NCBI RefSeq assembly: GCF_009914755.1
Contig: NC_060935.1
Source of the DNA: the human T2T-CHM13v2.0 reference genome, Homo sapiens
DNA length: 64,000 nucleotides
Reading direction: 5' to 3' (one strand)
The notes beneath the pieces are model-generated. The model was not told the DNA's origin. It did not search any database and saw nothing but the letters and a program-made list of their open reading frames with translations. Positions within the stretch are counted from its first letter, which is position 1. Each line of letters starts with the position of its first letter. Shown here piece by piece: positions 16,770 to 34,454 of the stretch. Made by a program: the position numbers and the translations under genes.

Positions 16770-17710
16770 TATTTTCTTCTAGTAAAAATTATAACATGTT
16801 CATTTTAGAAATTTTGAAAAAAAGCCATAGAAAAGTATAATAAAAATTCTAATTCCACCATCAAACATAATAACCACCATTTGTATTTATATTTACATAT
16901 GTCCAGTATTTTTTTAAAAGCACAGGCACATATAGTTGTAAAAAATGGAAGGAATAGTGTTCACCTCATTTTGTTTCAGTAGTTTACTTGTTTTAGCAGC
17001 TTAGAATTTAGGTATTTATACAAAAAAATTTTCTAGATATTCATTTTTACATAGTTGAAAGAAAATATATTTTTAATTGAAGAATAATTTTCAGACCATA
17101 CAATGTACCCACTTTAAGTTTTCAAATTATATGCCCATGTAACCACCATCAGGACCAAAATAAAAAGCATTCCCATCACTTCGAAAAGTTGCCTTGTGTC
17201 CAGTTCTAATGTCTACTTTGTTTCAGGCAACCACTGTTCTTTTTTCCACTATAGATTGGATTTGTCATTTTTAGAGTTTTACATAAGTGGAGTCACACCA
17301 TGTATACTCTTTTGTGTCTAGCATCTTTCATTCAGCATAAATTTTCACACACTTATAACCATATACAACCACACTTGCATATATTTTTTAATTTGCTTTT
17401 ATTTTACAAATATATTATGAACATTTTCCATATCATTAATTAGTCTCTTAAAATTAAATTTTCATTGACTAATTGTAACTTGTTTTAGGGATATACCACA
17501 ATTTATCTCATAAATAAGATCTTATTGTTAATTGTTGGTGTTGTCTCAATGGTTTGCTTTCATAATCAAGAATAATTATTCTGGACTACACATGTTTGTG
17601 TGCATTACCTAATTTCTTTGGGATAAATTTCTATTTAAAAAAAGTTAAAAGTCTCACAAATTTTAATATGTACTGTGCCTATTTAATCTTCCACAAACAT
17701 TATATACAAA
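16770..17710 (-). mobile_element. Old L1M 3'UTR fragments (an L1MB/ME-type 3' end at about 17060-17345 within an older L1ME-type end)
   Basis: tgtaaccaccatcagg...aggcaaccactgttct...ttttagagttttacataagtggagtcac...tcattcagcataa is a standard L1M 3' end pattern. Confidence 0.7.
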
Positions 17711-17719
17711 TTTATGAGG

Positions 17720-17970
17720 AACAATAGCATTTCAAAGGTGAAAGGGAACCTGGAGAAAAATATGGTTCAGTGGTCCTTAACCAGTGGGGTGGACATGCCT
17801 ATGGAGCTCTTTTGAAATTCACCTGCAGTTATTCTAACTTGGTATTTATGAAGCTCAAGTAGCTGCTCTTTTTGTTTTTAGTTCTGCAGATGATTCTGTT
17901 GCACACTACACTGTAAGAATCACCTCAGTTTCACAGATGAAGAAGCTGAGCCACGAAAGGCTAATTAACA
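17720..17970. mobile_element. MER5-like hAT element (about 17769-17925) inside a MIR relic
   Basis: cagtggtccttaacc...gatgattctgttgcac...aagaatcac, flanked by tttcacagatgaagaagctgag. Confidence 0.5.
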
Positions 17971-18328
17971 CCTCCTGATTCCTTATACTCTTGTCACTTT
18001 GCCAGGGAGAGCCTTTGTCTACATTGATTACCCATCATCTGGAAAATGACAATAATGACCACCACCACTCCCCTCAGAAATCCCAACTAACCATCTAGGA
18101 CCTCCGTTGGTGGACCTGTAAGCTAGAACAGCACTTTAAGTGATGGAGTTAGGACCACTTCAGAAAAGTCTTCATGTGAAAGGGACCCCAGACAATTGAA
18201 GAGAGGCCTAATTCAGAAATCTACTTAGAAGGTCCTCCCAAAAACTGAAGCAGACCTTTGTTGTTGTTGTTTAACCAGGCCAGATCTTAGGGGTAAACAA
18301 TAGATTTACAGTGACAATAAACAGACAT

Positions 18329-18332
<4 letters not shown>

Positions 18333-18376
<44 letters not shown>
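18333..18376. repeat. (AC)22 microsatellite
   Basis: Seen directly. Confidence 0.97.
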
Positions 18377-18380
<4 letters not shown>

Positions 18381-20399
18381 GTTCCTTGACTTTGTCCCCA
18401 CTCACTCTATAGCCACTCCAGCCTATTCTCAACCCCCAACTCTATCTCTTCAAATTCCTCTCAGAGGAGACTGAGAAGGAAAGAACTGTTTCTCCTGAGT
18501 GAAGGAGGGCATCCTTTACCTACCCTATTGGGTCTGTTGTTTCTTTTTCTCTTCTGTGGTCCAGCTCCCAGAAGTGATGCTGGCTGTTTCTGCCATCTCC
18601 CACCATGGCTGTGGAGAAGCTACTGAAGGAAAATATCTTCTACAGCTTCTTCTCCTTCCAGACCCAGACTGCCACAGCTTGCAGTTCAGTCTATTACATT
18701 CATTTCTTAACTTCTCCAGGTTCCCACGGTCACCCTGGGGTGGGGCAAATGCTTTCATATGATTACCATTACAGGGGCTGCAAAGCAATGCTCCATTGAG
18801 CTGTCAATGTCTGACGGAAGCTTTAGTGAGTCAATTCTTCAAGATTTTTTCCACTCTTGATTGCAGTCCCTAATCTTGTGACTCAGACGTGAGTCCAGAG
18901 AGACATCTTGTTAATCTGTATTCTTTTCCTTTAGGATAAGTTCTTTCTCAGGAGTGTTGATGTAGATAATTCCCCATGGAAACAGACAGTTGGTCCACCC
19001 TTCTCAAGAGTTCCCAGGTATGCCTACCTCCTGGAGAGAACCCAGTGTGACTATCCAGATAGGATTCCTATTTAAGCCTACCTGGGCATCCTAAATATAT
19101 TATTCAGAACACCATTAATTCCCCAAATCACGGTGTTTCACAGGGCGAGGAATCAAGATTCAGATGCAAATTATTACAAAGCCAAAGAAAAATAACTCTG
19201 GTGAGGGCCTTTAAGCTTTAGCAAATAAGAATTTATAGAAAGAAAAGTTCAAGTCAAATCATACAGGGCTCCTAAAGCACTTTTTAACACCTATAATGCA
19301 GTAATTTTTTTCACACACAAATCCCCAGAAGTTAGTTTAAAAGGAAATATCTTTATAAATTATGAAAGTAGGTTTGGGGGAGGCAACTTTCCCAACTCAC
19401 AAATTCTTGTGCGCAAAAATGTTGCTCTCTCTGTTTTTCTAAAATTGGACTTAATTTCTACCTTGAATTCTATTTCTGCAGACTTCTCTAGGGTGATACA
19501 CTACTCAGTGTTTTCTCAGTCATTTAAAATTTAAACTCAGCCAGATTAAATAACTCCTCCCTATCCCAGCAGCAGACTCAAACTAAAACATTATAGCATT
19601 GGTAGGAAGAGGAAGTAACCAGCTTCTGTAATATTTTATTCCAAATCCTTATAACTCCCACTTAGATCAAAGCTTTTGAACTTACAATTAAGAATATACA
19701 GTTTTGGAGTTTGGAGTATCCTCGCCACTCCACCATGGGACAAAGTCATCCTTATGTCTCTTAGCTAAGTGCAGAGACTGTTGTAGGATTAAAGCAAACA
19801 GAGGATACATTTCATGTTTTTTGTGGTATTTCTGTCACGTATCACCCCACTAGATAGGCCAGATCAAGGCCATATGAAGGCAAAATGAGGAAGAGTAAGC
19901 AAGGCTATAAGCATTGGCCATGGCCTTTCCTGTAGCCACTCGTCCTGTGACCCCTTGGGGAAAAGATTGAGGTTTCTGCTGGCTCTCCCAGAGGTTCATA
20001 TGGGTGGGAGACTCTGTGTTCTGCTGTCACTGGCTTCTTTCAGGAGCGGAGGCCTGCTTTGTCTAGTACACTTTCTCCCCACTACACTTTCTCCTCCACA
20101 ACTACACTACACTTTCTCCTCCACAACTCTCCCTGCTTCTCTCATTGGCCACATCATGTTCCCTCATTATCTCTAACCTCAGTCCAACTCTTTGCTTCCC
20201 CTCCTTCTGCAACAAGATTCCCATATATCCAATTCTGTATTTTCTAAATGTTATTATTATTTAATAGGTTTTAATTCTATAACCCTCCTTCTGTCTGACT
20301 TTTGAGTATATTTCCATGTTTCCCACATTATTTCTTCCGTGTGTGGTCTCTCTGAGAAAGAATGATATTGGGATGCATCCTGCAGTTGGCAGTCGATAT

Positions 20400-20528
20400 A
20401 TCTCTCTCTTCCATTAGATGATGAGTTCCTTAAAGGTAGGGACCATATATGACTCATCTCAGCACTCTCTACAGAGCTGAACACATAGTAGGTGTTCAAT
20501 ACACGTTTAGTGAATACTTAATGAATGC
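20400..20528 (+). mobile_element. L2 3' end
   Basis: ccattagatgatgagttccttaaaggtagggaccat...cacatagtaggtgttcaata...aatgaatg. Confidence 0.75.
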
Positions 20529-20579
20529 ATCCTGTCTGCTAATAAAGAACTCCAAACATCCTCTGAAAACAATCACCTG

Positions 20580-20951
<372 letters not shown>

Positions 20952-22279
20952 TCATCTAAATAATTTATCATTAATTCCTGATTTGCTAGTACAAGAATAT
21001 ATTGTTTATTTTTTTTTCCTAAGCAATGATTTAAAGCCTGTAGATCAAGAGACTTTGGAGTCCTACACTAACAGTCAGCTTCCTTGCTCGAGTGTGTGAA
21101 AGGCTACTGATTTCCTAATATCACAACAGAGCCTCAACAATAATACTGTTTCCTAAGAGCCTCAACAACAATACTATTTCCTAAGCTACACTCCAGTTTT
21201 TTCCCTCTATTTTCTGGGATTGAACTACATAACAGGTATTATGAATTAAATTCACTGCTTGCTGTGCACCTATTACCATATACACAGAAGTCAAAATACA
21301 GAAAATAGTAGCATATGACAGTCTCTCAGTCCTTTACCCAATGTTTACAATGTGATTTGATTGAAAGAATTCTAAGCACTTTGTGGGTTTATAGATCCCT
21401 TTAAAATTCTTTGAGTTATGCATTAACCTTGACTTAAAGCTGAATACACTAACATTTGTTTTCTGAGCAATTTATCCAGTGTTGGATATGGTAGGTAGCA
21501 CAGAAAGAAACAGTATCTAAATTCTTTTATTTGCAACCTATAACATTCTGTTTGTCTGATTATGTTGTGTTTTGAAAGGCACTTGTACTGATAAAGCTTG
21601 TAGTAGTACTTACCAAAATGAATTAAAAATAGGCTTAAGCCAAAGTTCCAAATACAGTTTATTTTAGAAGACAGAAGGACAACTAGACTCTCACCATCTC
21701 CAAAATTATAAAAAAAAACTATGAGTTATTGCAAATACTTAGAAGTCATGTTTTTCACTGTGTTTTGCTTTTCACATTTTAATATTCACTGAAACACTAC
21801 TAGTTCACTTATTCTTACTCCTTGAAATAACAAAGAGCTGTGACTCAGTGCCAAACCGAAACTAACGTCAACATTAACTGATGCAGTCTTGTTAAGTAAG
21901 CTTAGCAAAATATCTGTATTCCAAATGTTAATAAATACCAACTGGCCTTTACTAGGGTAAAGTTAGAGATAATAATGTTACATATTAATGACTTTCTTCC
22001 ACTAATGAATAGAAGCTATTCTCACTAACTAAATAGCATCACTTGGAACTGGAATTTTAGTTGAATGTTTAATAATTTTGAGATTAAGTCAAGAAAACGA
22101 ACAGAAACAATTGATATTTGTGGGGCCATTGATAATTCTGAAGTTTTCCCAATAGTCAGCCCTCAAAAATGCAGTCTCATAATTCACAATATCTGACTTG
22201 ACTGTCAGGACTTGTCTAATTTGGCCATGCCAGCTGGCAAGGATATTCAGCCTCTTCTCCCAGAACATCACAAGCCACT

Positions 22280-23700
22280 TGGATGTAGTAGAATTCAGTG
22301 GTTTGAAGCCCCGGCTTTAATCCTAGCTCATCATTTTATTATCTATGTGGTCCTCAGCAAGTTGCTTAATTTCTCTGAGCATCATTTTTCTAACTTGTAA
22401 AATGGGGTTCAGAATATTTGTCCTTATATAAGAATTAATATAAATGAAGTGCTTAGTGTGGAAATAATTACTGCTCAATAAATAATATCTAGTAAGCAGA
22501 TTTTTATTGAGGATAAATACTCAGGATGTGATTCTCATTCTGTATTATTTAGAGTCAAATGTGACAATGTTTGGTGTCAGCATGAAAAACCAAGAGTAAT
22601 GTAAATATTCGGTGAATGATTTGACAATAGTCATGGTTGAGAAGACAAGATTAGTAGCAGAAGAGGGACAACAGACGTGGAAAGCTATAAAGAAAAAGTG
22701 TTTTTTTTTATATCTAAGAAGATTTTAATCTAGAAATCTTTATGAGGGGACAATCTTATTGTGCCAGAAGAACAAGTATTTATTGGGAATGTTTATATGC
22801 AAACCCAGATGCCATAAGAGACATAGTGAAATTTATTCAGTAAGTATTTATTGTGTGTCTACTATGTCTGGGACTGTTCTACATACTGAAGTAGGAGCAG
22901 TGAATAACCAAGTCAAATTCTCAGCCCCTGTGGAGTTTACATTCTGGTGTAGGAAATACAAAGATAGTATTCCTTTTTTCAAGGCATTTACTATTTCTGT
23001 AAGGAGACATGAGCCTTTGCATTAAAAGAGTATAAAATAACAATAATAACAATAATTGCAACAAATGACACGAAAATATCCCTAGGAGACTGAGTGGAGT
23101 AGTGGAAGGAATTCAGGTTTCAGCAACCAAGAAATCTGAGCTCTAATCTAAGTCCTGACGGCGCCTTTGGACCTTGGGACAGTATAGCATTTTATTCAAG
23201 TACCATACTCTCTTCTGTAAAATGAGCACAATAATAGTTACTTTATAAAGCTGTTCTAATGACTAAATGTGATTACATGTGTAAATCCCTTTATAGAGTA
23301 GCACAGATACATGAATATCCTTACTGAGAAGGACAGTTGATTGATGCCTCAAAAGACGGCAGGATTTGGCTAGACAGAGAAGAGAAAGAGCATTCTAGGC
23401 CAAGAAAAGAGCTTGATGAAGGACACAAATTTGGAGTTGCATACAGAGTATTTGGAAGAAAGTGAGTGGGATAATTTGGCTACAGTAGAGAGTTCACATA
23501 GATAAGTAGGTAGAGAAACAACTCAAATAATAGGTGGTTCTTAGATGACTCACAAAGGAATTTCTGAGAGTTAGAATAGCTCTCATGCATATGTAGACAC
23601 TGAAACACAGTGTAATTAAGTGAATTACCCAAGGTTATATCATTAACAGTGAAAGTAGAATCCCAATATCCATCTGGCTCTTTGTCTCCTTGATGGCCTG
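22280..23700. mobile_element. Cluster of MIR (+ at about 22280-22490 and 23080-23310; - at about 23560-23700) and L2 (-) relics
   Basis: MIR core motifs (caagttgcttaatttctctgagc, ctgtaaaatgagcacaataatag) and an L2 tail (atttattcagtaagtatttattg...ctactatgtc). Confidence 0.65.
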
Positions 23701-25444
23701 GCCAGTGGTTAAGACCATGTATTATCAATCTCCTTGTCAATTCATATTTGAACACTCATAGTCTGTTAGGCAGTTTTTACAATATACAGCAAATATTCTA
23801 ACCAGCCCTCTAGTTTAAGTATTGCATTTATGGCAAGAAAAAGCAATTCTGAAACAACCAAGGGGAATGAAAAACAAGCGGCTATTTCTCAAAAATGAGA
23901 TGGTGCTTTGCAAAAATGAACTAACTTTATGATGCCATCTGGAAAATGCTTTTGTATTCCCGATACAGTGCACTGAGCATAACTTAAAGTTGACTAACTA
24001 GCTCTGAAATGCTCTCTTCTGTTTCCTCACATATGGATGTAGCCTACAGGAATAAGCGTTATTAGTCCTTGGACAGGACATCTGGTGTGACTTCTCAGCA
24101 ATAAGGTGTACAATTCTTGGGTGAATTTCAACAGAGCACATCAGCCTAACTTTGGAAACTTTTCAGGGTTGAGCCAGTCCATGGTGATTGACCTTTTTCA
24201 GAAAGAAACTAGGCTTCCAAACCAAACTCTAATCATGGAGATTCTGTCTTCCTTCTATCCCTCCTTTCCTCCTTCTCTTCCTTCCTTCTAACATTTAAAG
24301 TCTTAATTCTGACATTACACACAGTGTAATGCACAGTGGTATACTTAGACAGAATTAAGACTTTCAAATGAAATTGAACCCTAAGATGTTATATCATAGT
24401 CAGACCTCTTGGCGCTTAGGGTGGCAGATGTTCCTCACAGTTTCTTCCAAAGTAGCAACAGTCTTTTTGCATAATTTATTGTAATTGGATATTGGAATTA
24501 TGAACAGAGAAATTCTTCTCTTCTTTAAAAATTAGTAATAGAACCTAATTGTAACACCAGTAGCTTTAGAATCTCTTAAAGGAAAAAACCTTCATTAATT
24601 TGCTAAGAGATTAAGCTGAAGCTAACTTTGCTTTATAAAAAAGTTGCCAATAAAATAGCCTAATACTTGCATAGAGGAACATTTAATTTACTGAAAAGAA
24701 CAAATTGCCTTCAAACAATTTAAAACACCAATTAATGGATAAACAACCAATATGTTAAATACAAATCATTCTTCTCTATTTATTGAAGTAGCTTCCCAAC
24801 TCCTTTGCTTGACAACACTTAATTAGCCTAACTTGAGTTGCTTTATTTAATTGAAATTAATAGAACTAGGTTTCCTTTAAAAATATTACTTTGTTAAGAC
24901 TGATTCCCTCATTTAGTCTAAATAGTGATTATTAATAAAATCTGCTTTTAAAAATATTTTTGACATTTACAATAATAATCAACATGTTATATATTTACAT
25001 GAGGACTGATTATTTGGTTGTTAGTTATGTGGACATTTTTGCCTCAGTTTAACTGTGACTACCCTTTTAGGGGGTGGAAAAGTTTCCTTAGCCACTCTAC
25101 AGACAAGACAGAAAGTAAATCTAGGGACTTTGGCTAACAGTCAGCATCTCTTATAAAAATATTTCCTTGGAGAGAATGAAGGTTGAAATGCATATCTGAA
25201 ATGATATATTGGTTTTCTATGCTGTGATACTATGGCCGGCAAAAATGATGGCTTGGTCATAAGTCAATTTATTCTTATTGTAAAGGGTCTAAATACAGGG
25301 AAAGTAGAAATACTACATCCTTTGGGATCAAACAAAGTTGTTTCAACCCTAGCTCTACCATGCGCTATACCTGAAAATAAACTTCTCCAAGCCCCATCTG
25401 AGTATAAGATTCAGATAATAATAGCTATTTAGCAACTGCTAGAT

Positions 25445-25675
25445 CACATTTATTGGTGTGCTCACTACGTGCCAGAGACTGTTCTGGGGACTTTATGTAT
25501 GTTAGTTCATTTAATCCAACCCTCAAGCTTATGAGGTAGATATTTATAACCCCATTTTATAGATGAGGAAACTGAGTCACAGGGAGGTTAATGAACGTGC
25601 TCACAGTCATACACTAGCAAGTGGGGATGCTTGGGTTCTAGCAGAGACAGCCCAATGCCAGACTTCACTTTCTAA
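25445..25675 (-). mobile_element. MIR SINE
   Basis: cccattttatagatgaggaaactgag core and ctcactacgtgccag tail. Confidence 0.85.
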
Positions 25676-25789
25676 AGAGTTCTGGAATTTGAAGTGAAGA
25701 TTAAAGTGGTTAACCTGTATAGAAGGCTGGCGTATGACCTCACACAGGGTAAAGTCTTATTAAGTGGATTTCTCTTAAAATTTCTGGCT

Positions 25790-26962
25790 ACTTCTCAGCC
25801 TCCTTTCTGGCTCCTTTTCCTATTCTAGGCTTGAAGATATTGGACTTCTTCAGGGAGTCTCTCCTGGCGCCTTCCCGTCTCTATCCACACTCTCCTCTGT
25901 GACCTCCTCCACTACCAAGCCTGTAAATACCATTGCTATGCTGATGGCTCCCAGTTCTCCATCTCCAACCCTAGCGCTTCAGATTCATACTCTCTATAGC
26001 TTACCTGTCATTTACATTATATCTAACAGGCAACTCAAACTTTCACAGCCCTGAACATCATGTTCAACTTTTCTCCTTCAAATCTGCTTTTCCCTTCAGT
26101 CTTCCTCATACTCAGAATATGGCACCACCATCAGCTCTTTTGCTCATATCAAATCGAAGACTCATTCTCCCACATCAAATTCTTCTGCACATCCTGCAGA
26201 TTCTACCTCTACTTTTCTCCATTTGCACTTACATAGCCCACTCCAAACCACGACTCCTCTTGTTTAACTACTCTGAGAGCCTCCTAACAAGTCTCCCAGC
26301 TGCCTCTCTGGCCTTCCACATAAATCCACTATCTGCCCAGAAGCACTGTGTTCATTTTTCAAATATAACTCAGATCAGGTTACTCCTCTCCTTAAAACCC
26401 ACAGATATTCTCCCACTGTATTTAAATTAAACTCAAACTACTTATTATGGTTCACAAAGCCACGTAAGATCTGGCTTCGCCAACGTTGCTAGCTTCATTC
26501 CAATCAATTCTTTTCTGCCCATTATCTCCAGCCACACTGAGCATCTGCCTGGGTCTCAGATATTCAGGCTTATTTCTGGTTTTGGGCCTTTGCCCAGCTT
26601 TTCCCCCTTCTGGAAACATGTTCTGTCTGATCATACAGTGGTTGGCTCTTTTATCTCTGTTTCCAATTCAAATGTCACCTCCACAGAGGCTTCCCAATGG
26701 CCCAATTTAAACTAGTTCTATCATTTCACTCCTTTAAATTCTCTACACCGAGCTGTTTATAACCTGATACTGGTTTTTATTGTCTGCCCGCTATTTCTGA
26801 CAGCAGCAACAACACATACACATGCATGTATGCACACATGAATGCCTAAAAAAGGAAAATTCCATGATAATGAGAATATTGTCTCTTTTTTGTTGTTGTT
26901 CTTGCTCTGACTCCAACACTTAGTTTGCAGTGGCCAATGAAAGATATTCATTGAATTAATGA
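25790..26962 (+). mobile_element. L2a-like LINE 3' 1.2 kb
   Basis: ctatgctgatggctcccag...atctccaac, cctcctaacaagtctccc, tcagatcaggttactcctctcc, tcaaatgtcacctcc and a ttgaattaatga tail. Confidence 0.85.
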
Positions 26963-29900
26963 TTATATTAAATTGAAGTGGCTGTTATTAATGGTCCTTC
27001 TTAAAGCCAAGGATCAGTTTGTATCTTTTACAGCTCTTACCATATTTTATGATAGGACTAGGTTTGGCCCAGTTAACTACATCAGTTTTGGGAAGACAGA
27101 AGGGTGCAAAAGGAGAAACAATCTATTTTCAGAAGCTGAGCAGCCATCTAGATTGCTACACAGAATTCAGCATCTGGTGAGAACAGCCCTAAAATGCAAG
27201 TGATACGAGGTAAGCAATTAGCATCTGTATTCCAACTTGAAGCAACAGTAGTCCTCAAACCAGTGACAAGAACTTAGTGATGGAAAATTCACATAGGAGA
27301 CATTTAGAAGTGCATGTAGGGAGACATACATGATAGTCTTTGAGCAGAAACCCAGATGGCTGACTGGAGTTCAGAAGTCAGGTTTCAAAGCCCAGGCCGG
27401 AAATAGGAATAACAGACACTAAGGGTAGAGCCTCATTTCTACAAGAAATGGGAATTAAATTTGCTGACAAACTTGAGAAACTCAAGCTCAAAGAACAAAG
27501 CAGGTGCTACATATCAGCATAAAGCACAAAGTAGGAGGGTGGCCTTGAGGCAAGCTGAAACCCACCCTGCAGGTTGGACTGGCTGCAGGTGACTGCATGC
27601 TGAGCATCAGACTAAAGTGCAGGGAAGGAAGTCATAATGCCAGGCCATGTTCCCATAAACGGGCAGTCCAGTCAGATGGGAGGTCTCTATTGATCGCCCT
27701 TTACTGCATCATAACAGTGTCAGACATGAGACCTGAAAGCCCATCTTTCTGCCTGCTGCACTCGATCAATATGATAGATCTTTCCCTTAGAGGCCTGTCT
27801 GAATCCTATTTTCTGCCTACACACATGTGGAGCTAAATTGATGATGATGACTCATGGGCTTCAGAGCATCTGTAAACTGTTATTATCACCATCCACACCA
27901 GCACTTTATTGATCTCCTCTATTAGGCATTGACTCATTTTATGACCACCCTTTTTTAGGAAGCCAATAGGTTAACCTCTTTCCTCTCTACCAATACTCAG
28001 GGTAAATGTAGACCCAGTCAAAGGTGGTCCGTTTCTGGTTACGCATGAGAGTCATAACAGTTATTATTAGAGCCACGTGCATTTAAATATTTGTATTAAA
28101 ACCAAAACCCTCATGATATTCTTTCCTTAAGGTTTAGGACAAAAAAGAGTTATCTTGGAGATAACTTCATCACACTGGTATATGAACTGAATTTACCAAA
28201 CAGTAAAATAAACATTACAACTAATTATGAATATACAAGAACAAACTTGGGTTTGATCACGGATTGCTCTTCATGCACAGATTGCTCAACATTCTCTAAT
28301 CAAGGATGATTAGAAAAGTATTTTAGTCCTGCTATTTTAATCTGCTGTAACTTTTAGTTTGATGTTTTCTTATGGGGTCAGCAGGGGGCTGACTCCCTCT
28401 GTGGTGACTCAGTGCCTAGTTATTATAATTTCAATCAGGCTGCTGGTGTCCTCTCTGCAGACTTGCATATCTTCTTCATGTTGGCCTATTCAGCGTCTCC
28501 ATTAATATCTGGCACACAGTGAGCACTCAAGAAATAAACATGAAAAGAGGGAATGAGTGCTCTCTCCTTGGGAGTATTAACTCTTTACTACTCATACACG
28601 TGAATTCTATAATCATAGTCCTGGCCTAGAGTTTTTTAAGCAATGTAGAATGGAAAAGGTCTGATTGCTGCAGCACCAGGAAACTTTGACAAGCAAATAT
28701 TTAATAACCATTGAATAAAACCTGAGGTTATCAGTTCTGTGAGACCCATATGACACATGCATATATGTATTCGCACAGATAGACATATAAGCATGGGTAT
28801 TTAGCAAATGTTTGCCTATGTGTACAGTGTATGTACTACAGGGTTCATCCAGTTAGAGGGGTGATGTTCATTCCTACTGTTTTTATGTCTTCTCTTCTAC
28901 ACAGCAAATAATTATTTGTTGTAATCCAGTTCATATGCAATGCTTTAGGGAAGGCAAAATAACTTTAACCTTGCTGCTCTTTTTACCTACATCTCACATT
29001 TTCACTTTTACAAACACCAGAACTCTGATGTATTCTGAAACATTCAACATTTGTGCAAACTTTTTTGGAAGAGAACAAGCTACAAGGATTAAAGCATATT
29101 TGAATAAGAGAGAAAAATCTAGTGTTTCCCTATTAGGGTCAATAAAGCACTTGAAAAGCATGAACACCATTCTGGGGAGAGTAGCTGGGTTGAAGGCAAT
29201 GCCATCAGCAAATAAAGGAATCCAAGCAGAGGAAGATCCAAAAATGGATTTTAACATAGACCTGTTGGATGGTCTTCATCTAGCCAATGTCCTACTTCAT
29301 TAAAACATTATCTCTCTGTTTAACAGCTCATTTAAACATTTTCCACTTTCTTTAAAGAAAAACTCCTATGTATATGATGGACATAGAGATCACAACATTC
29401 AAAAAAGTGATTTTTCTCTGGAGACTTTTTTATGTTGTTAGATTTCAGTTGTGAATGATAAGTAGAGAACTTCAGATGTTACCTCTATTTAAACATCTGT
29501 TCAGCCAATATGTGATTTCATATTATAATCTGCTTCAGCTACATTTGCTTACCCGTTAATCAAAAACCATAAATTCTGCGTTGCACAATAGCTTTTTGGT
29601 TGTTGTTTGCATAGTTTCAACATAAGAATGCATATTTAAATGATTATCAGATGATAAGCCTTTATGAAAGTTTCTGCAATGGAATGCCTATTTTATGAAT
29701 TTTTATGATTAAAAGGTATTATTACAAAAGTAATCTGAGAAGCTAGGAAACTAATAGTAAATTACATAATTATTTACCTCCTATTCAATATATTAAAAAT
29801 GAAATTCCATTTTATGAGAGAAGGATGACCAGATAAAAAGAAACAGAAAACATTAAATCCTTTCTCTCTTTTCTTTCTGATTTTTCTTATAGTATATTGG

Positions 29901-30565
29901 ATTGACAGTATTTTCCTTAAATTTATGCACTTTTATAGTTTATCTTTCTATCCTGTGTTGTTTTGAAGAAAGTAAATCAGCAGTATCTAAATCTGTAGGA
30001 TTTGCTTCCCTGGCTTACTAGTCATTATTGACATCAATAGGGTCTTGCAGATAAACCTAAATGAAAGTGTTCTACATCAAGATCTATCAGCTCTTTATCA
30101 GTTATCCATTTTGAGACATAGAAAGACATTTTTATTTCTGTCACTTGGGCTTGGTTCTTTGGTCAATTTCTGCAGAATTAGTTAGAACTTTTCTTGTTAC
30201 TCTGTAAATAGATTTTTCTAGGGTCTTCTTGCAGAAGAAAATTATTTTATGTTGGAATTCTCTGAGCAGTCACAGAAAGTCTGACAGTGAAATGGAGGTG
30301 ACAGGAGTCTGTTTCAGGGAGAGGTACCTTTATGCTGATAGGTGAATTTTTTTTTTTTTTTTTTTTACTTTAAGTTCTAGGGTACATGTGCACAACGTGC
30401 AGGTTTGTTACATATGTATACATGTGCCATGTTGGTGTGCTGCACCCATTAACTCGTCATTTACATTAGGTATATCTCCTAATGATATCCCTCCTCCCTC
30501 CCACCACCCCACGACAGGCCCTGGTGTGTGATGTTCCCCTTCCTGTGTCCAGGTGTTCTCATTGT

Positions 30566-34406
<3,841 letters not shown>

Positions 34407-34454
34407 TTATTTTGCTCATTAGTTGATGCAGTTTCTTCCTAGCATTGATAGGGT

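Noticed and set aside
28935-29303. 122-aa ORF in unique sequence (also 6036-6419, 37829-38203 and 61025-61426)
   Set aside because: No recognisable domain, codon bias or exon structure; lengths are compatible with chance in 64 kb.
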